DNA of 64,000 nucleotides from Octopus vulgaris (Eukaryota), in assembly GCA_951406725.2 (NCBI GenBank), contig OX597817.1, positions 120,962,001-121,026,000 of the forward strand, read 5' to 3'. The first letter of the stretch is position 1, and each line of letters begins with the position of its first letter. Positions 11,761-25,118 of the stretch are shown in pieces. Made by a program: the position numbers and the translations under genes. The notes under the pieces were generated by a model that was given only the letters and a program-made list of their open reading frames with translations, had not been told where the DNA came from and did not search any database.

Positions 11761-12101
11761 TAGCTGTTATAACAGTTCACACAACAGAAGAACAATCGTT
11801 AATAAACCCTTTAAGGAAAGATTTAGATATTTGTTCGGGTGTGAAGCATGTAGAGGCTCACCTCCAAAAAATTAATAGGTTTTGATGAATTCAGTGTGAA
11901 GTAGTTTTTCTCTGTAAATAACTGGCAGAGGAATTTCATGAGGCCAAACTAATTAGATATTTCTGAAGCATCATAAATATTTGTGAAACTGGCTGAAGAT
12001 GAGAAGTATTGCGTTTCAACAAAGGATGAAGATATGATAGACAACATTATGGTAACTGTTGCTGTGATGATGATGATGACGACGACAACGATGATGATGA
12101 T

Positions 12102-12140
<39 letters not shown>

Positions 12141-12167
12141 ATGTGTAAATTTTGTAGTCATCGTTTG

Positions 12168-12470
12168 TTCTTTTACTTGTTTCAGTCATTGGATTGCGAC
12201 CATGCTGGAGCATTGACGTGAAGGGGTCAGTTGAACAAACTGACCCTAGTACCTTTTGTTTTTAAAGCATTATACTTATTGTATCAGTCTTTTTGTTGAA
12301 CCACTAAATTACAGGGATGTAAACAAACTAACACCCCTAGCTGTCAAATGATTATGAGGGACAAACACAAAGACTCAAATGCACACACATACATCTTTAT
12401 ATATATAACAGGATTCTTTCAGTTGCATCAACCAAATCCATTCACTAAACTTTGGTTGGTCAGAGACTAA
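12168..12470 (-). mobile_element. CORE-SINE family A, 5'-truncated
   Basis: ttttacttgtttcagtcattggattgcgaccatgctggagca...ttctttcagtt. Confidence 0.85.
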
Positions 12471-13959
12471 CATAGTGAGTTGAAAAACTTTGATTAACTG
12501 AGATTATCCAAGTAATTAATATACAAAAGCTTCTTCCAGAGGGTATTTAAAATCTTTGAAAAAAAAGGTAAGAAACCTCTGCCACCACAGCCACCACCAC
12601 CAATATGGTCAGCAGATTTCAGGCTAATATAAACAGGGCAGATTGGAGTGGATACGTTACTATGTTAGTCATGGTTGTGGGTTATAAAATGCATTAATTG
12701 TCATAGATTGTTCAGCATGGCAAATAATTCATTCATCCATTCTACCAGCTGAAGCAAAGAGGCCATGAAGAGCTGTTGGGTTGTTTATTTACGGTTGCTA
12801 AGATTGATGATTGCTTCAGACACAAAAATTAAATTTCTCCTAGAAGAAATTATTAGTTGACACAGGTAGGGAGAAAAATTACTAAGAAATTAGTAAAAAT
12901 AACAATTTGCGATTTGCTAACTTTTTTAATTATATAAAAATTTTAGATTAATATCATGTCAGTTAATTTTTAAAAAAAACAAATCTTTCAATGCATAACT
13001 CAGATGTTACAATAAGAATCCTAATTCCCTGATCTCATGCAGGATCATTTTTTTAAAGTTACTTTTAAAAAATAAAGGATAAAACCATATTTTGTATTCC
13101 CAAGTATTTGAAAATTTTTACAGTTAAAAAATTATATGGAAATATTTGTTTAAGTTAAATCCATAAATAACTATTTGCTGAATGATGAAATTGCTACTCC
13201 ATTTACTGATTTTGGGAGTATTATTTACTTCTCAGTTATATTGGGAAATTAAATTCTATCACTGTTGCTTGTTAGATCGTAAATAATATGATATAACAAG
13301 CAATAATATTCATTCACAATATGAATAAATAAAAAAACAGATAAAATAAAACAGAAATGGAGATGATGATGGTGTGGAGGGAAGAGAGACAAAAAGAGGA
13401 GCGAAAGTGAAAAATAGATTAGAAAACAAAAACAATAGATAATTAAACTTTTTTCTATTGAATATATCAAGAGCAACAACAGCTAAATGGATTAGATTGA
13501 CTAATGTAATGTATATACTTGCATAATAACATGATAAAACAGATATGTTGTATGGCCTCAAAAAAAAAGAAAGGATGTGGAATTCATTCTTAGTGAGAAT
13601 GAGGTGGGTGATTGTAGTAGTGGTAGTGGTGATAACAGTAGTGATGATGATGATGACAGTAGTATCGGTGAAATTTTTGACAGAATTTTCAAATTGAGTA
13701 AAACGACATCTTAAGCTTATTTGGTAAAAGGTCATAAATTAAATAACATTATTGAATGCAGATATAATCAGCTTCTTCAACTATTGTCATATGTTTACAA
13801 CATGGAGCAATATCTTTTGTTTCTTTTCTTTTTCTTATTTATTTATTTATTTACTTATTTTGCACTTTTTCAGAAGATAAAACTGTAAGAACGGAAGATA
13901 GGGGCTATGCTACATTATTAAAACTGTTGCCTTCGAAGCACAAGTTGTTATTATTATTA

Positions 13960-14006
<47 letters not shown>

Positions 14007-14174
14007 ATTGTTCTTTTTCTGAAACTATCTAAAATGAATTATGTGTAAAAATGAACTGACGAAAAAAACAGGAAAGAGAAAAAGGCAAATTGTAGATTAT
14101 CAAATTTCATGAAGATCAATAATAATAATAATAATAACAATAATTGTAGTAGTAGTAATAGTAGTAATAATAAT

Positions 14175-14352
14175 AATGGTTTCAAATTTTGACACAAGGC
14201 CAACAATTTTAGGGAAGTGGAGATAGGTTGATTACATTGATCCCAGTGCTCAGCTTTTACTTATTTTAGCGACCCTGAAAGGATGAAAGGCAAAATCAAC
14301 CTTGAGAGAATTTGAACTCAGAACGTAAAGACAGTTGAAATGTAGCTAAGCA
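14175..14352 (-). mobile_element. Meta-type SINE (family B) flanked by (TAA)n
   Basis: gaccctgaaaggatgaaaggcaaaatcaacc...gaatttgaactcagaacg. Confidence 0.88.
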
Positions 14353-14362
14353 TAATAATAAC

Positions 14363-14400
<38 letters not shown>

Positions 14401-14407
14401 TAATAAT

Positions 14408-14930
14408 GCAGTACCAGGCAGTGGCTTTCATGGCTTCTCATCTTAACTGATTGGAAGTGTTATCATGTACATTGTTTTGCCTTAGCAAATATTCTGCTCA
14501 ATACCACAGATTTGTTTGTCAGTTGTTTGACCATAACCAGTTGAGCATGTCCCTTAGTGGCTGATGATATGTGCTTCTCTGATTATGGGCAGAAGTAGTT
14601 GGGGAGCATCATAGCCATGTGGTGAGAGGAATTCTTTGGATAATTCACCTTTGGAAACATGGGTGTTTCATTCAATATCCACAAGCAACTCTATTCAAGG
14701 TCCTTTTGAGCAGGATGGGCTACTCAACCTGAAGAAAATTCTAACTGGGCCCAACCTGCAAGGTTATGCATTGTTTATTTTGATATGAGATCACCATGTT
14801 GCTCACATGTGGTTGTGTTGCATGTTCCTGGTGTACCCTTATCAGACAAGTAGTCATGATGAGTAAACTGGGCTTTGTATATTTGTACTCAGTGTCACTT
14901 TGATGGTAATCAACTATCTCCATCTAACTC
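14408..14930. mobile_element. About 520-bp non-coding insertion embedded in a (TAA)n array
   Basis: Higher-GC block with sharp (TAA)n boundaries on both sides, no convincing ORF; recognised from memory as a dispersed octopus repeat. Confidence 0.6.
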
Positions 14931-14994
14931 AATAATAATAATAAGGAGAAGAAGAAGAAAAAAAAAAAAAGATCTGTTTCTAATTTAGGCACAA

Positions 14995-15350
14995 ATTTAC
15001 GTTCTGAGTTAAAATCCCACCGATGTTGATGTTACCTTTCATACTTTTGGGGTAGATAAGTACCAGTAGTGTACTGCGGGTCAATCTAATCGCCTGGCCC
15101 ACTCCTGCAAAATTTCGGGCCTTGTGACTAGAGTAGGAAAGGAAATTGATTCCTGGAATTTTGAGTAGGATGGGGATAGTTGATTATATCAACTCCACTA
15201 TTCAATGTTATTTGTTTTATGCACCCCAAAAGGATGGAAGGTAATGTCAACCTCAGTAGTATTTGAAATCAGAACATTATGACAGAAGAAATGCTACCAC
15301 TCATTTTTTTATCTGGAGTACTAATGATTCTGCCAGCTTGATGCCTTAGT
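14995..15350. mobile_element. Two Meta-type SINEs in tail-to-tail inverted arrangement (14995-15140 +, 15150-15350 -)
   Basis: cctttcatacttttggggtagataag and caccccaaaaggatggaaggtaatgtcaacc. Confidence 0.8.
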
Positions 15351-15422
15351 AATAACATTGAGGAAATATGTCAAATATCTTAATATTCCAGCTACGAGAA
15401 TTTTCATATTTCAGTAGTTATT

Positions 15423-15640
15423 CTTTTACTTGTTTCAGTCATTTGACTGTGTTCATGCTAGAGCACTGCTTTAAAGGGTTTTAGTTGAAGAACTTGACTC
15501 CAGAACCCATTCCCTGCAATCCCAGTACTTATTCTGCCAGTCTCTTTGCCAAAATGCTAAATCACGGGAACATAAACACATCAGCACCGGTTGTCAACTC
15601 ATGGCAGAGGGACAAACACAGCCACACACACACAAATATA
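15423..15640 (-). mobile_element. CORE-SINE family A 3' half
   Basis: cttttacttgtttcagtcatttgactg...ggggacaaacaca. Confidence 0.85.
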
Positions 15641-15843
15641 TACATACATATTCATATTATATGTAATTTTCTAGATGGTGTAATTTAATTATTCATTTTG
15701 AATTGATAAAAGGTGTTTTTTTTCTGATATTTTATGTATACTATATTGTGTGGAATTTGATTTAGTATTTCTAAATTGAATTCTTTTTCCTTGTAAGTTT
15801 GGATTTTATTCCCTCAAATAATAATTATCATATATATATAATA

Positions 15844-16031
15844 GGTGCAGGAGTGGCTGTGTGGTAAGTAGCTTGCTAACCAACCACATGGTTCCGGGTT
15901 CAGTCCCACTGCGTGGCATCTTGGGCAAGTGTCTTCTGCTATAGCCCCGGGCCGACCAATGCCTTGTGAGTGGATTTGGTAGAAGGAAACTGAAAGAAGC
16001 CTGTCGTATATATGTATATATATACATATAC

Positions 16032-16065
<34 letters not shown>

Positions 16066-16265
16066 ATGTGTGTCTGTGTTTGTCCCCCTAGCATTGCTTG
16101 ACACCGATGCTGGTGTGTTTACGTCCCCGTCACTTAGCGGTTCGGCAAAAAGAGACCGATAGAATAAGTACTGGGCTTACAAAGAATAAGTCCCGGGGTC
16201 GATTTGCTCGACTAAAGGTGGTGCTCCAACATGGCCGCCGTCAAATGACTGAAACAAAAAGAAAA

Positions 16266-16273
<8 letters not shown>
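15844..16273 (+). mobile_element. tRNA-derived CORE-SINE family A, young full-length copy
   Basis: A box tggctgtgtgg, B box ggttcagtccc, CORE-like cttgggcaagtg, internal (TA)n(TG)n, CpG-rich tail, A-rich end. Confidence 0.95.
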
Positions 16274-16348
<75 letters not shown>

Positions 16349-16719
16349 CCATGATAGATCGCCAGCCACTACACATTCTTTATTTTCTCTCCTTGTTTCT
16401 TTCCGTGTTCCTTTCTGTGGTTGGGAAACAAGCTTCTTACTACACAGTGATATGAAATTTTACTGTATGTGTGATATCTATTCATTAACTTGGTCATGAA
16501 AAACTAGCTTCTAGTTCTGAGTTCATGTACAATTGCTACAACATTAAGTGCAGCTGAATCTCAATGTACTTTTACATGGCACAAATCAAAATAACATCTG
16601 GTTTCGAGTCATACTACATACCACTTCAGTCATTGTAAACACGACTGCAATTTATATCATTCAAAAAATTTCACTCATCTGATGTTATTAGGGTTCTTCC
16701 TATGTCTGTTGCTTTTCGC

Positions 16720-16880
16720 CTTTAACCATTAGCATTTAAAATGACCATATTTGACCCAAATTTTCTATCTGTTTTATGTTCAAAACCAACCAGATCTGGT
16801 CTTTCACACCTAATCTACAATGTCATTCCAAACATAAACAATCATATCACTGAAATTTAGAGTAATCTAAATGCTAAAGT
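16720..16880 (+). mobile_element. Deleted piggyBac-type MITE, same family as 60514-60738
   Basis: ttaaccattagcatttaaaatgaccatatttgacccaaat...aatctaaatgctaaag. Confidence 0.65.
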
Positions 16881-17894
16881 AGAAGATACTTGCCCAAGGT
16901 TTCACATCTTGGTGGAATTTGAACTCAGACATACCTAAAGGGAGGTTTTTGTCAACTGATAGCTTGGATAATCTGAGTTGATCAAAGTTTTTCTACTTAC
17001 TGTGTCACATATGTGAGACTGTACCATATTTTTTTTTTTCTGAGATTTTATTTATGATCACCAAAAAGGTGACCAGAAATAAAGCCACAGAGGGAAAACA
17101 AATCACAATTTTAGCCAGGAAAATAGTCACGAGTAGTATTTAGTATAACAATGTTTGCATGGAACAAATAGATAAGAAAGAACCCCATCAGCATTGAAAT
17201 GATAACTAAATAAGAATATATAAATAAAAAAAGTTTTTTTTTTTTCTTCCTTTTTAAAGACATCATAAAAATCTCTATCTTAGAAAGAATTTATTTAGCA
17301 CAGCTTGATTTTTATTGTAGTATGAAACACTTCATTTTGACAAGGGAAATAAAATAAAAATGTTACACTATTACCATTTTTATTTAATTTCATTTCTGAA
17401 CAATCTGTTTATATACATTCTTTATATATTTCATAGTAATAATACCCATTGTTCATTGCTTGGTCATGCTAACTTATACGGAATTACTTTTCTGTTTTCC
17501 CTCTTGCACTATTTTCTACTGTTACTACATCTCATATACAACTAATAATTCACCTTCTACTTTTACTACTTCTCTCTCTCTCTCTCTCTATCTATCTATA
17601 TATATTCTTATCTTCACCCCCACCTCTTCCTGTTTCTACTTGTATGACTATTTCCACTGACCTCAAAAATTTTCACAATTTTCTGCTGTATAATTTAGTG
17701 TTTCACCACTGGTATTTAAAGACTTTTATTTCCAATATTGGTTTGTTAGCTGTCATATGATTTTGAGAATATACTTTTGTTACTATGAATAATATCAAGC
17801 AATGTTGCACAGGTGCAATAATTATAATTTTTGTGTATGATGGTCACATAAAATTGATCTATAACATAGAGACAGTAATAAATTGACCTTAAGA

Positions 17895-18110
17895 AAGGCA
17901 GAGAGCTGGCAGAATTATTATCATACCAGGCAAAATACTTGACATCATTTCATCTGTCTTTATGTTCTGAGTTCAAATTCTGATGAGGTTGACTTAGCTT
18001 TTCATTCTTTTGGGGTCAATAAAATAAATTCTATTTGAGCACTGGGATCGATATAACTGGCTAGCCACCTTCCCCAAACTTGGTTTTGTGCCAAAATTTG
18101 AAACCTATAT
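17895..18110 (+). mobile_element. Meta-type SINE (family B)
   Basis: Head, B box and central domain; flanked by an attgaccttaagaa direct repeat (TSD). Confidence 0.88.
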
Positions 18111-18169
18111 ATTGACCTTAAGAATAATATAGGAGACTGTTATGTGCTTATAGGCTTATAAGGCTGGAG

Positions 18170-18440
18170 TGTGTCCCAGTTTCTATGGCATATAAGCAAC
18201 TATAAGAGTACTATACTCTTCCTACCACATGCACTGAATGAGATATCAGTTTATCACATTGTTAACTTCAGCTGCTGCTGTTAGTGCTCATTTTCAGTCA
18301 AGTGAACTGGAACAATGGAACAATGTGAAATGTAGTGCCCTGATCAAGAACACAATGCACTGCATTGTCTGGGAATTGAAACCATAATCATGCAGTCATG
18401 AGTCAAACGTCCTAACTGTAAGATCATGTGCTTTCACCTG
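18170..18440 (-). mobile_element. Degenerate CORE-SINE (family C)
   Basis: aatgtgaaatgtagtgccctgatcaagaacacaatgcac...gggaattgaaacca. Confidence 0.7.
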
Positions 18441-18507
18441 AAAATAACATTATCAGAATATCACAGTATTACTATAATTGATTGGATATTGGTATAGATA
18501 TGTTTAA

Positions 18508-18738
18508 GGCGGTGAGCTGGTAGAAACGTTAGCACCTCGGGCAAAATGCTTAGCGGTATTTCGTCTGCCACTACGTTCTGAGTTCAAATTCCGCTGAGGT
18601 CGACTTCGCCTTTCATCCTTTCAGGGTCGATAAAATAAGTACCAGTTACGCACTGGGGTCGATATAATCGACTTAATCCATTTGTCTGTCCATGTTTGTC
18701 CTCTCTGTGTTTAGACCCTTGTGGGTAGTAAAGATATA
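18508..18738 (+). mobile_element. Meta-type SINE (family B), young copy with 17-bp TSD
   Basis: GGTATAGATATGTTTAA duplicated at 18491-18507 and 18739-18755; gtcgacttcgcctttcatcctttcagggtcgataaaataagtaccag matches the Meta/Sauria-SINE central domain. Confidence 0.95.
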
Positions 18739-19149
18739 GGTATAGATATGTTTAATATAAATATACAAATGAGAAATTTGAAAATTACTATTTTGGAATT
18801 GTGGTATCATTAGAGCATCAGATAAAATCCCTTGTATTTTTTTCTGGTTTTTTGCATTTTGGGTTTAAATTCTGACAAAGTCAACTTTGCCTTTCATCCA
18901 CCCAGAATTGGTAAAATAAAGTACTAGTCAAGTACTGAGATTGATGTAATCAATTTACCTCCTGTTTCAAACTTGCTGGCCACGTGCCTAAATTGAAAAC
19001 AGTTATTTTATATGAAGACTATGAAATTTGAAAAATTAAACTTATAATTATTGTAACAATGTAACATTATGTGAAGCAATAATATATTCTCAACAATACC
19101 CACCATATCAGAGATAACACACACAAACACACACTTTATTCTTTTCTCA

Positions 19150-19540
19150 TTTTACTTGTTTCGGTCATTTGACTGCAGCCATGCTGGAGCACCACCTTGA
19201 AGGGTTTCAGTCAAAGAAATAGATACCCAGGACTTATTCTTTATAAGCCTAGTACTTATTCTCTCAGACCCTTTTGCTGAACCACTAAGTTATGGGGATA
19301 TAAAAACCAACACCAGTTGTCAAGTGATGATGGGGAGAGACACAAGACACATACATGGATATATACATATTTATACATATGACGGACTTCTTTCAGTTTC
19401 TGTCTATTAAATCCACTCACAAGGCTTTGATAAGCCTGAGTCTATAATAGAAGACACGTACCCAAGGTGTCATGAAGTGGAGGCTGAATGCAGAACCATG
19501 AGATTCAGAAGCAACCTTCTTATCATACAGCCACACCTGT
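19150..19540 (-). mobile_element. CORE-SINE family A, full length
   Basis: Reverse-complement match along the whole consensus. Confidence 0.92.
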
Positions 19541-19684
19541 ATTTCGAATCTGAGCTTGTCCGACATCTGTATTTCCAAAGGCATGAAACTAATACTAGCT
19601 CATATTCAAATCCTGTACATATTAAATGATATATCATCATCATCATCATCATCATCATTTAACGTCCGCTTTCCATGCTAGCAT

Positions 19685-19972
19685 TGGCCCAGTGGTTAGG
19701 GCAGCGGACTCGCGGTCAGAGGATCGCGGTTTCGATTCCCAGACCGGGCATTGTGTGTGTTTATTGAGCGAAAACACCTAAAACTCCACGAGGCTCCGGC
19801 AAGGGTGGTGGCGACCCCTGTTGTACTCTTTCGCCACAACTTTCTTTCACTCTTTCTTCTGTTGGCCTGCTCGCTTAGCCAGCAGGGTGGCGTCATTTGA
19901 AGGCTAAAACAATGTGAAGCGCATTGTGACCAGCGATGTGTAACAACATCTGATAGCCTGGTCAGTCACGTG
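19685..19972 (+). mobile_element. Young tRNA-derived SINE (family D) abutting a truncated (CAT)n-tailed element
   Basis: A box tggcccagtgg, B box gtttcgattccc, tRNA-like head with tcg in the anticodon-like loop, CpG-rich, GC-rich body. Confidence 0.9.
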
Positions 19973-20228
19973 ATATATATATGTAGAGAGAGAGAGACTA
20001 TATATGTGCAGAGAAGGAGTGTTTGCTTATCCTTGTGTAATATAGTTGTTTGGCATGAAGATGATGATAAAATAAGTGCCAGTTTTTTAAAAATAAATTC
20101 TAGGTCTGTTTCATCAATTAAAATTTTCAAGGTGGTGTTCTACATGGTGCCATCTAATAACTCATACAAGTAAAAGAATATGCAGGAATGCATAAATGTG
20201 CATGTGTGTGTGTGTGTATGTATGTCTA

Positions 20229-20638
20229 TACTCTTACTCTTTTTTACTCTTTTACTTGTTTCAGTCATTTGACTGCGGCCATACTGGAGCACCGCCTTTA
20301 GTTGAGCAAATCGACCCCGAGACTTATTCTTTATAAAGCCCAGTACTTATTCTATCGGTCTCTTTTGCCGAACCGCTAAGTGATGGGGATGTAAACACAC
20401 CAGCATTGGGTGTCAAGCAATGCTAGGGGGACAAACACAGACACACAAACACACACACATATATATATATACATATATACGACAGGCTTCTTTCAGTTTC
20501 CATCTACCAAATCCACTCAAGGCATTGGTCGGCCCGGGGCTATAGCAGAAGACAGTTGCCCAAGATGCCACACAGTGGGACTGAACTCGGAACCATGTGG
20601 TTGGTTAGCAAGCTACTTACCACACAGCCACTCCTGCG
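20229..20638 (-). mobile_element. CORE-SINE family A, young full-length copy with (GAGTAAAA)n tail
   Basis: Near-identical to the reverse complement of 15844-16273. Confidence 0.95.
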
Positions 20639-20649
20639 TAAATAAAAAA

Positions 20650-20905
20650 ATAAAATGCACCCTTTTAAAGCCTGGCCAGGTTCATGGGCCTGGTTTCCTG
20701 GTTTCTATGGTGTATGTGTTACCCAGGTGGACGAGACGCTAGTCTATCACAGCGTTACTCATCTTTGCCAGCTGAGTGGACTGAAGCAACGTGAAATGAA
20801 GTGTTTTGCTCAATAACACAACGCATCGCCTGGTCCAGGAATCGAAACCACAATCTTATGATCATGGTGCTGACATCCTAACCACTAAGCCACGCACCTC
20901 CACAC
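20650..20905 (-). mobile_element. CORE-SINE family C variant
   Basis: Minus-strand head gtggcttagtggttagg...gtttcgattcctggacc; ttgagcaaaacacttcatttcacgttgc core. Confidence 0.88.
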
Positions 20906-21229
20906 ACGTGTGTGTGTATATATATATATATAATGAAAATATTTGCTAAGTCAGGCTCAGTCCTGCAGTAACTGACAACCATTGATTATCTGTCTTTAGG
21001 CTACTAAGAAACACTATGACTGAGTTCAATTATTTTCACAGTTGTAATACTGGATTTAATGTTTTTTCTGTTTTTTAAATTCACCACTCAAATTATGCAC
21101 ACATTCCTTTTTCTCTCTTTTTTTTTTTTCTTATTTTGGTAGTCATTCATCAAAGTTAAGCAGCCCTCGAAATGTAATCCTAAAGGAGATGCAAAATACA
21201 TCACAGAGAAACTTAGTATATCTGACGAA

Positions 21230-21314
21230 TATACATACATATATATATATATGTGTGTGTGTGTATGTGTATACATATCTATCTGTCTATCTATATATAT
21301 ATATACACACATAC

Positions 21315-21365
<51 letters not shown>

Positions 21366-21401
21366 CATATATATGTGTATGTGTGTGTATACATATGTGC
21401 T

Positions 21402-21499
<98 letters not shown>

Positions 21500-21960
21500 C
21501 GTACATGCATATTTTATGTTATATATATATATATGTATATACACACACATACACGTGTGTGTGTGTGAATAAATTCATTCTGTTCATTGTGATCATAGTA
21601 AGCAACAATTAAGTAACTGAATGTTAAAAATAGAGAAGGGTAGAAGAGAGAGAAAGAGATTTGCAGTTCATGTATTGTATGTTATGATTGTATGTATACA
21701 GATGTATGCATATGTGTGCGTGCATGTGTTGATTATACATTGAAGCACATACACATACATCTCATATATATGTATATATATATATATATATATAAACACA
21801 TATATATATATATATGCACATGTACACACACATATACATATATCGGTGCACATAACACAACGATATACACACACACATATATGCACATGTACACACACAT
21901 ATACATATATAAGTACACATAACACATCGATATACACACACAGACGCACACACATATATC
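21230..21960. repeat. Compound dinucleotide microsatellites including a roughly 66-bp tandem duplicated unit (21811-21945)
   Basis: atgcacatgtacacacacatatacatatat..gt.cacataacaca.cgatatacacacac occurs twice. Confidence 0.9.
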
Positions 21961-24344
21961 ACCTAAATGGTTGTGTTTTATCTTTTTGCTACTTAGCCTG
22001 TCTAGCACAAAGCCTATCAATAAACTCCCATAGAATAACAAATCACCTCATAAGTAACACATACATGTGCAAATATACATATGTACCTATGTGTGTTAAC
22101 ATTTTATTGTTTTAATTGCAATTTCCCATGCTAGCAGTCTGGGATTCTTTTTTTGTTGAAGTAATTATTTTCAAATCTGGGTACCCTTCATACTGCTAAT
22201 ATCTTAATAGATGCTTGTAGAACTGAAACCAATTTTTCTTTTTACTTTTTTGTTGTTGTTTTTATTTCTATTCAGTTTTGCTACAAGGTGCAAGCAGACT
22301 TATCTGCTTTGCTAATGAGTATAACATTATAGCTATAGATATTGTGTTGCTTAGCCCTAGGCTGTCCACGATTGAGTAGGTCCATCTGCTTTATTAAAAA
22401 TACAGCATTATGTTTAGTTTATTGTGATTATTCTTGTTAAGTTACAAGACAACCATGGGCAAGCAGACATTTGCTTTCAGTAAGGCACGGCGTTGTGTGT
22501 GTATGGCTGGAGCAGAAGCTATTTAACCCCAGGTCACTCATGACAGAGCAAACCTGTGCTTTACTAAGGAGACCAAACATAACAACTTTAGTTACTGTTG
22601 TTATTATTGAGCAGAGCTATGATCAAAGATGTCCCAGACATGACCCTCCTACACATTATTTTTAGATATAATGTACACAGGACAATGTTACCTAGTGTAT
22701 TCATTTGTAAGATACTCGGGTATGAGTTGAGGGAAATTTAGCCACTGTTTCTAGCAAGGTGAATGATGACATATAGATCTCCTTTATTGGTTCACCATGC
22801 CAGTAGTTTGCTACAAAGATGTATTAAAGCGAATGGAGTCAGTTATGGTAAACACAGTATAGATGTTTATGAAATAATTTTTATTTTCTCACTCTGCTTC
22901 TCTATAGCCCAATAAAATTCTGAACCAATCTTTCTATTCATGGTGAAAGACAGGATGTTGGTGATTGGTATTTGGTGTTTGAAAATATAACAGTGCCAAA
23001 TTTTGAACTATGACACAAAGTAGTAATAATTCTTCACTACTATCGCTGGACATATCAATCAAAATTATGTCTTTTGACTGCCTACAGCTCAAATTGGTAG
23101 TTATAAGGACCAATGGAAAAAAATCAGTTTTAGAATTTACAGTTAAATGCTATTCGGTTAGTTTACAGTTTTGCTTATACACATATGCATATATATATAT
23201 ATATAAAATGTATATATGTTTACATGTATGTATGTAAATGTATATATATATGTGTGTGTAGTTGTTTTAGTATTTATTATAGTTTTAAAGTAAGAATTCA
23301 TTTTTTTCCTTTCCTTTTTATTCTCACTTTCTTATCAAATACTTTTTCTTCATAAATTATTTGGAATTTTTCTTTTACTGTCAGTATCATATATTGAAAA
23401 GAAACCAAGTTTCTTATAATGTAACAGTTATTTTCTTCAGTGCCACATCTTAAATAGAATTCTGAATTGGCAAATATTTTTCAACAGGCTGCATTGCACT
23501 AAATCTTTAAGCCCACTCCCATAAAGACAGTATAATTGCAGCTTTCAAATGATTTTGGTTTTCTCTTTCTTCTACAAAAGCATTAATCCACACTACTCAG
23601 AGGAGAATAACTGTTGAAATTATATCTGACTTTTTTATAAAAATAAAGTGATTCTGTCATCTCTCATGAGAAGAAAAATATTATTTATAGCTTAATTATT
23701 GAAAGCAAACATTTGACTACCAATATTTCAGTATAGGGACATTGGTTCAATCACTGTTTTTACCATACAACCTAACATTTATTAAGTACTTCAATTAATT
23801 TATGACCAGCATTAATACCGTCAATCTTAAATCTTATTGCTGTGATGTGGATTAACTGACCTACTCATATTGAAGTTCACTGTTATAGCTTATTTTTCTT
23901 CTTCAGCTTTCCCCTTCTTTCCATCCTTCCATCTCTTTTAAGCCTTGTATTGTTTTTCTAAAGTTTTGTTTTGTGGGTAAAGTTCTTATTTAGATACATT
24001 TCAGAAAAGGATTTTGATCTCAGTCAAAAAGTAACATGTTTGGTGGATTTAAAAAAAAAACAACTTCTTAGATGAAGAATGTTGTTATTACATATTGATG
24101 TGTCTAAACAGTATCTACATTACAGTTGTTATTGGCACTGATTTTGCTGTTGTACTCTACAGTGCTCTTCAGGTATCTATTGAATTTGGTAACATTCTTG
24201 GATTTTTATTAAATCCATTGGAATGGTGTTGGTTATTTTTGTGCCACTTGCTTCTTTTGCTCGAGCCAATGTACATGTGGATTTACATGTGGTCTTCTGT
24301 TGCACCTGTTGGTGCAAAGAAGCTCACATATAATGATAATAATT

Positions 24345-24980
24345 ATGATTTGCAGCATAGTCACATGGCCTCGTATTTGAGACAAACATTATCAATACAT
24401 CAAGCTCTTTCTTGACTGGTACTTAATGTTATGGGTACCTCCTGCGAGGAGAAAAGAATAAATTGACACTCATTTCCACCCCATAAAAGAGAAAAGGAAT
24501 GCCATACACTACAAGGCATTTTTGTACAGTATGCTATCACTTCTGTCCAGTAATTATAATAATTGTTTCTAACATAGGTAGAAAACCTGAAATTTGGTTG
24601 ACAGAAGTCAGTCAAATTGACAAAAGTACTGACTGGTCCTCAGCCACTAGATGGATGAAAGGCAAAGTTGGCTTCCATAGAATTTAAACTCAGGGTGTAT
24701 ACAGTTGGAGGAAATTATGGTTCCAAATTTTAGTGCAAGGCTGGCAATTTTGAGGGAGGGTGTAAGTCAATTACAGCAACCCCAGTGCCTGACTGCTTAT
24801 TTATTTTATCAGCCCCTAAAGGAGGAAACACCAAGTCAAACTCAGGAGAATTTGAACTCAAAACGTAAGACAGACGAAATGCCACTAAGCATTTTGCCTG
24901 GTGTACTAATGATTCTGCAAGCTCCCCACCTTGGAAGAAATAAGGCAAATCATTTTTCTTATCACTCCACTGAGTCTATC

Positions 24981-25025
<45 letters not shown>

Positions 25026-25077
25026 TAATGCATAAGCATTTTTCCCAGCAGACTAACAGTTCTACCAGCCCACCACC

Positions 25078-25118
<41 letters not shown>

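Noticed and set aside
15806-16499. ORFs such as [14 protein letters not shown] and LPKMPRSGTEPGTMWL, recurring at 1076, 3900 and 20410
   Set aside because: Translations of SINE family A.
19685-19750. tRNA gene
   Set aside because: A and B boxes are present, but it continues into a SINE body and lacks a closed acceptor stem and terminator.
24095-24330. Hydrophobic plus-strand ORF, or R4/Dong C-terminus on the minus strand
   Set aside because: No recognisable domain on the plus strand; the minus-strand resemblance (AKSVPITTVM*ILFRH) is too weak to call.
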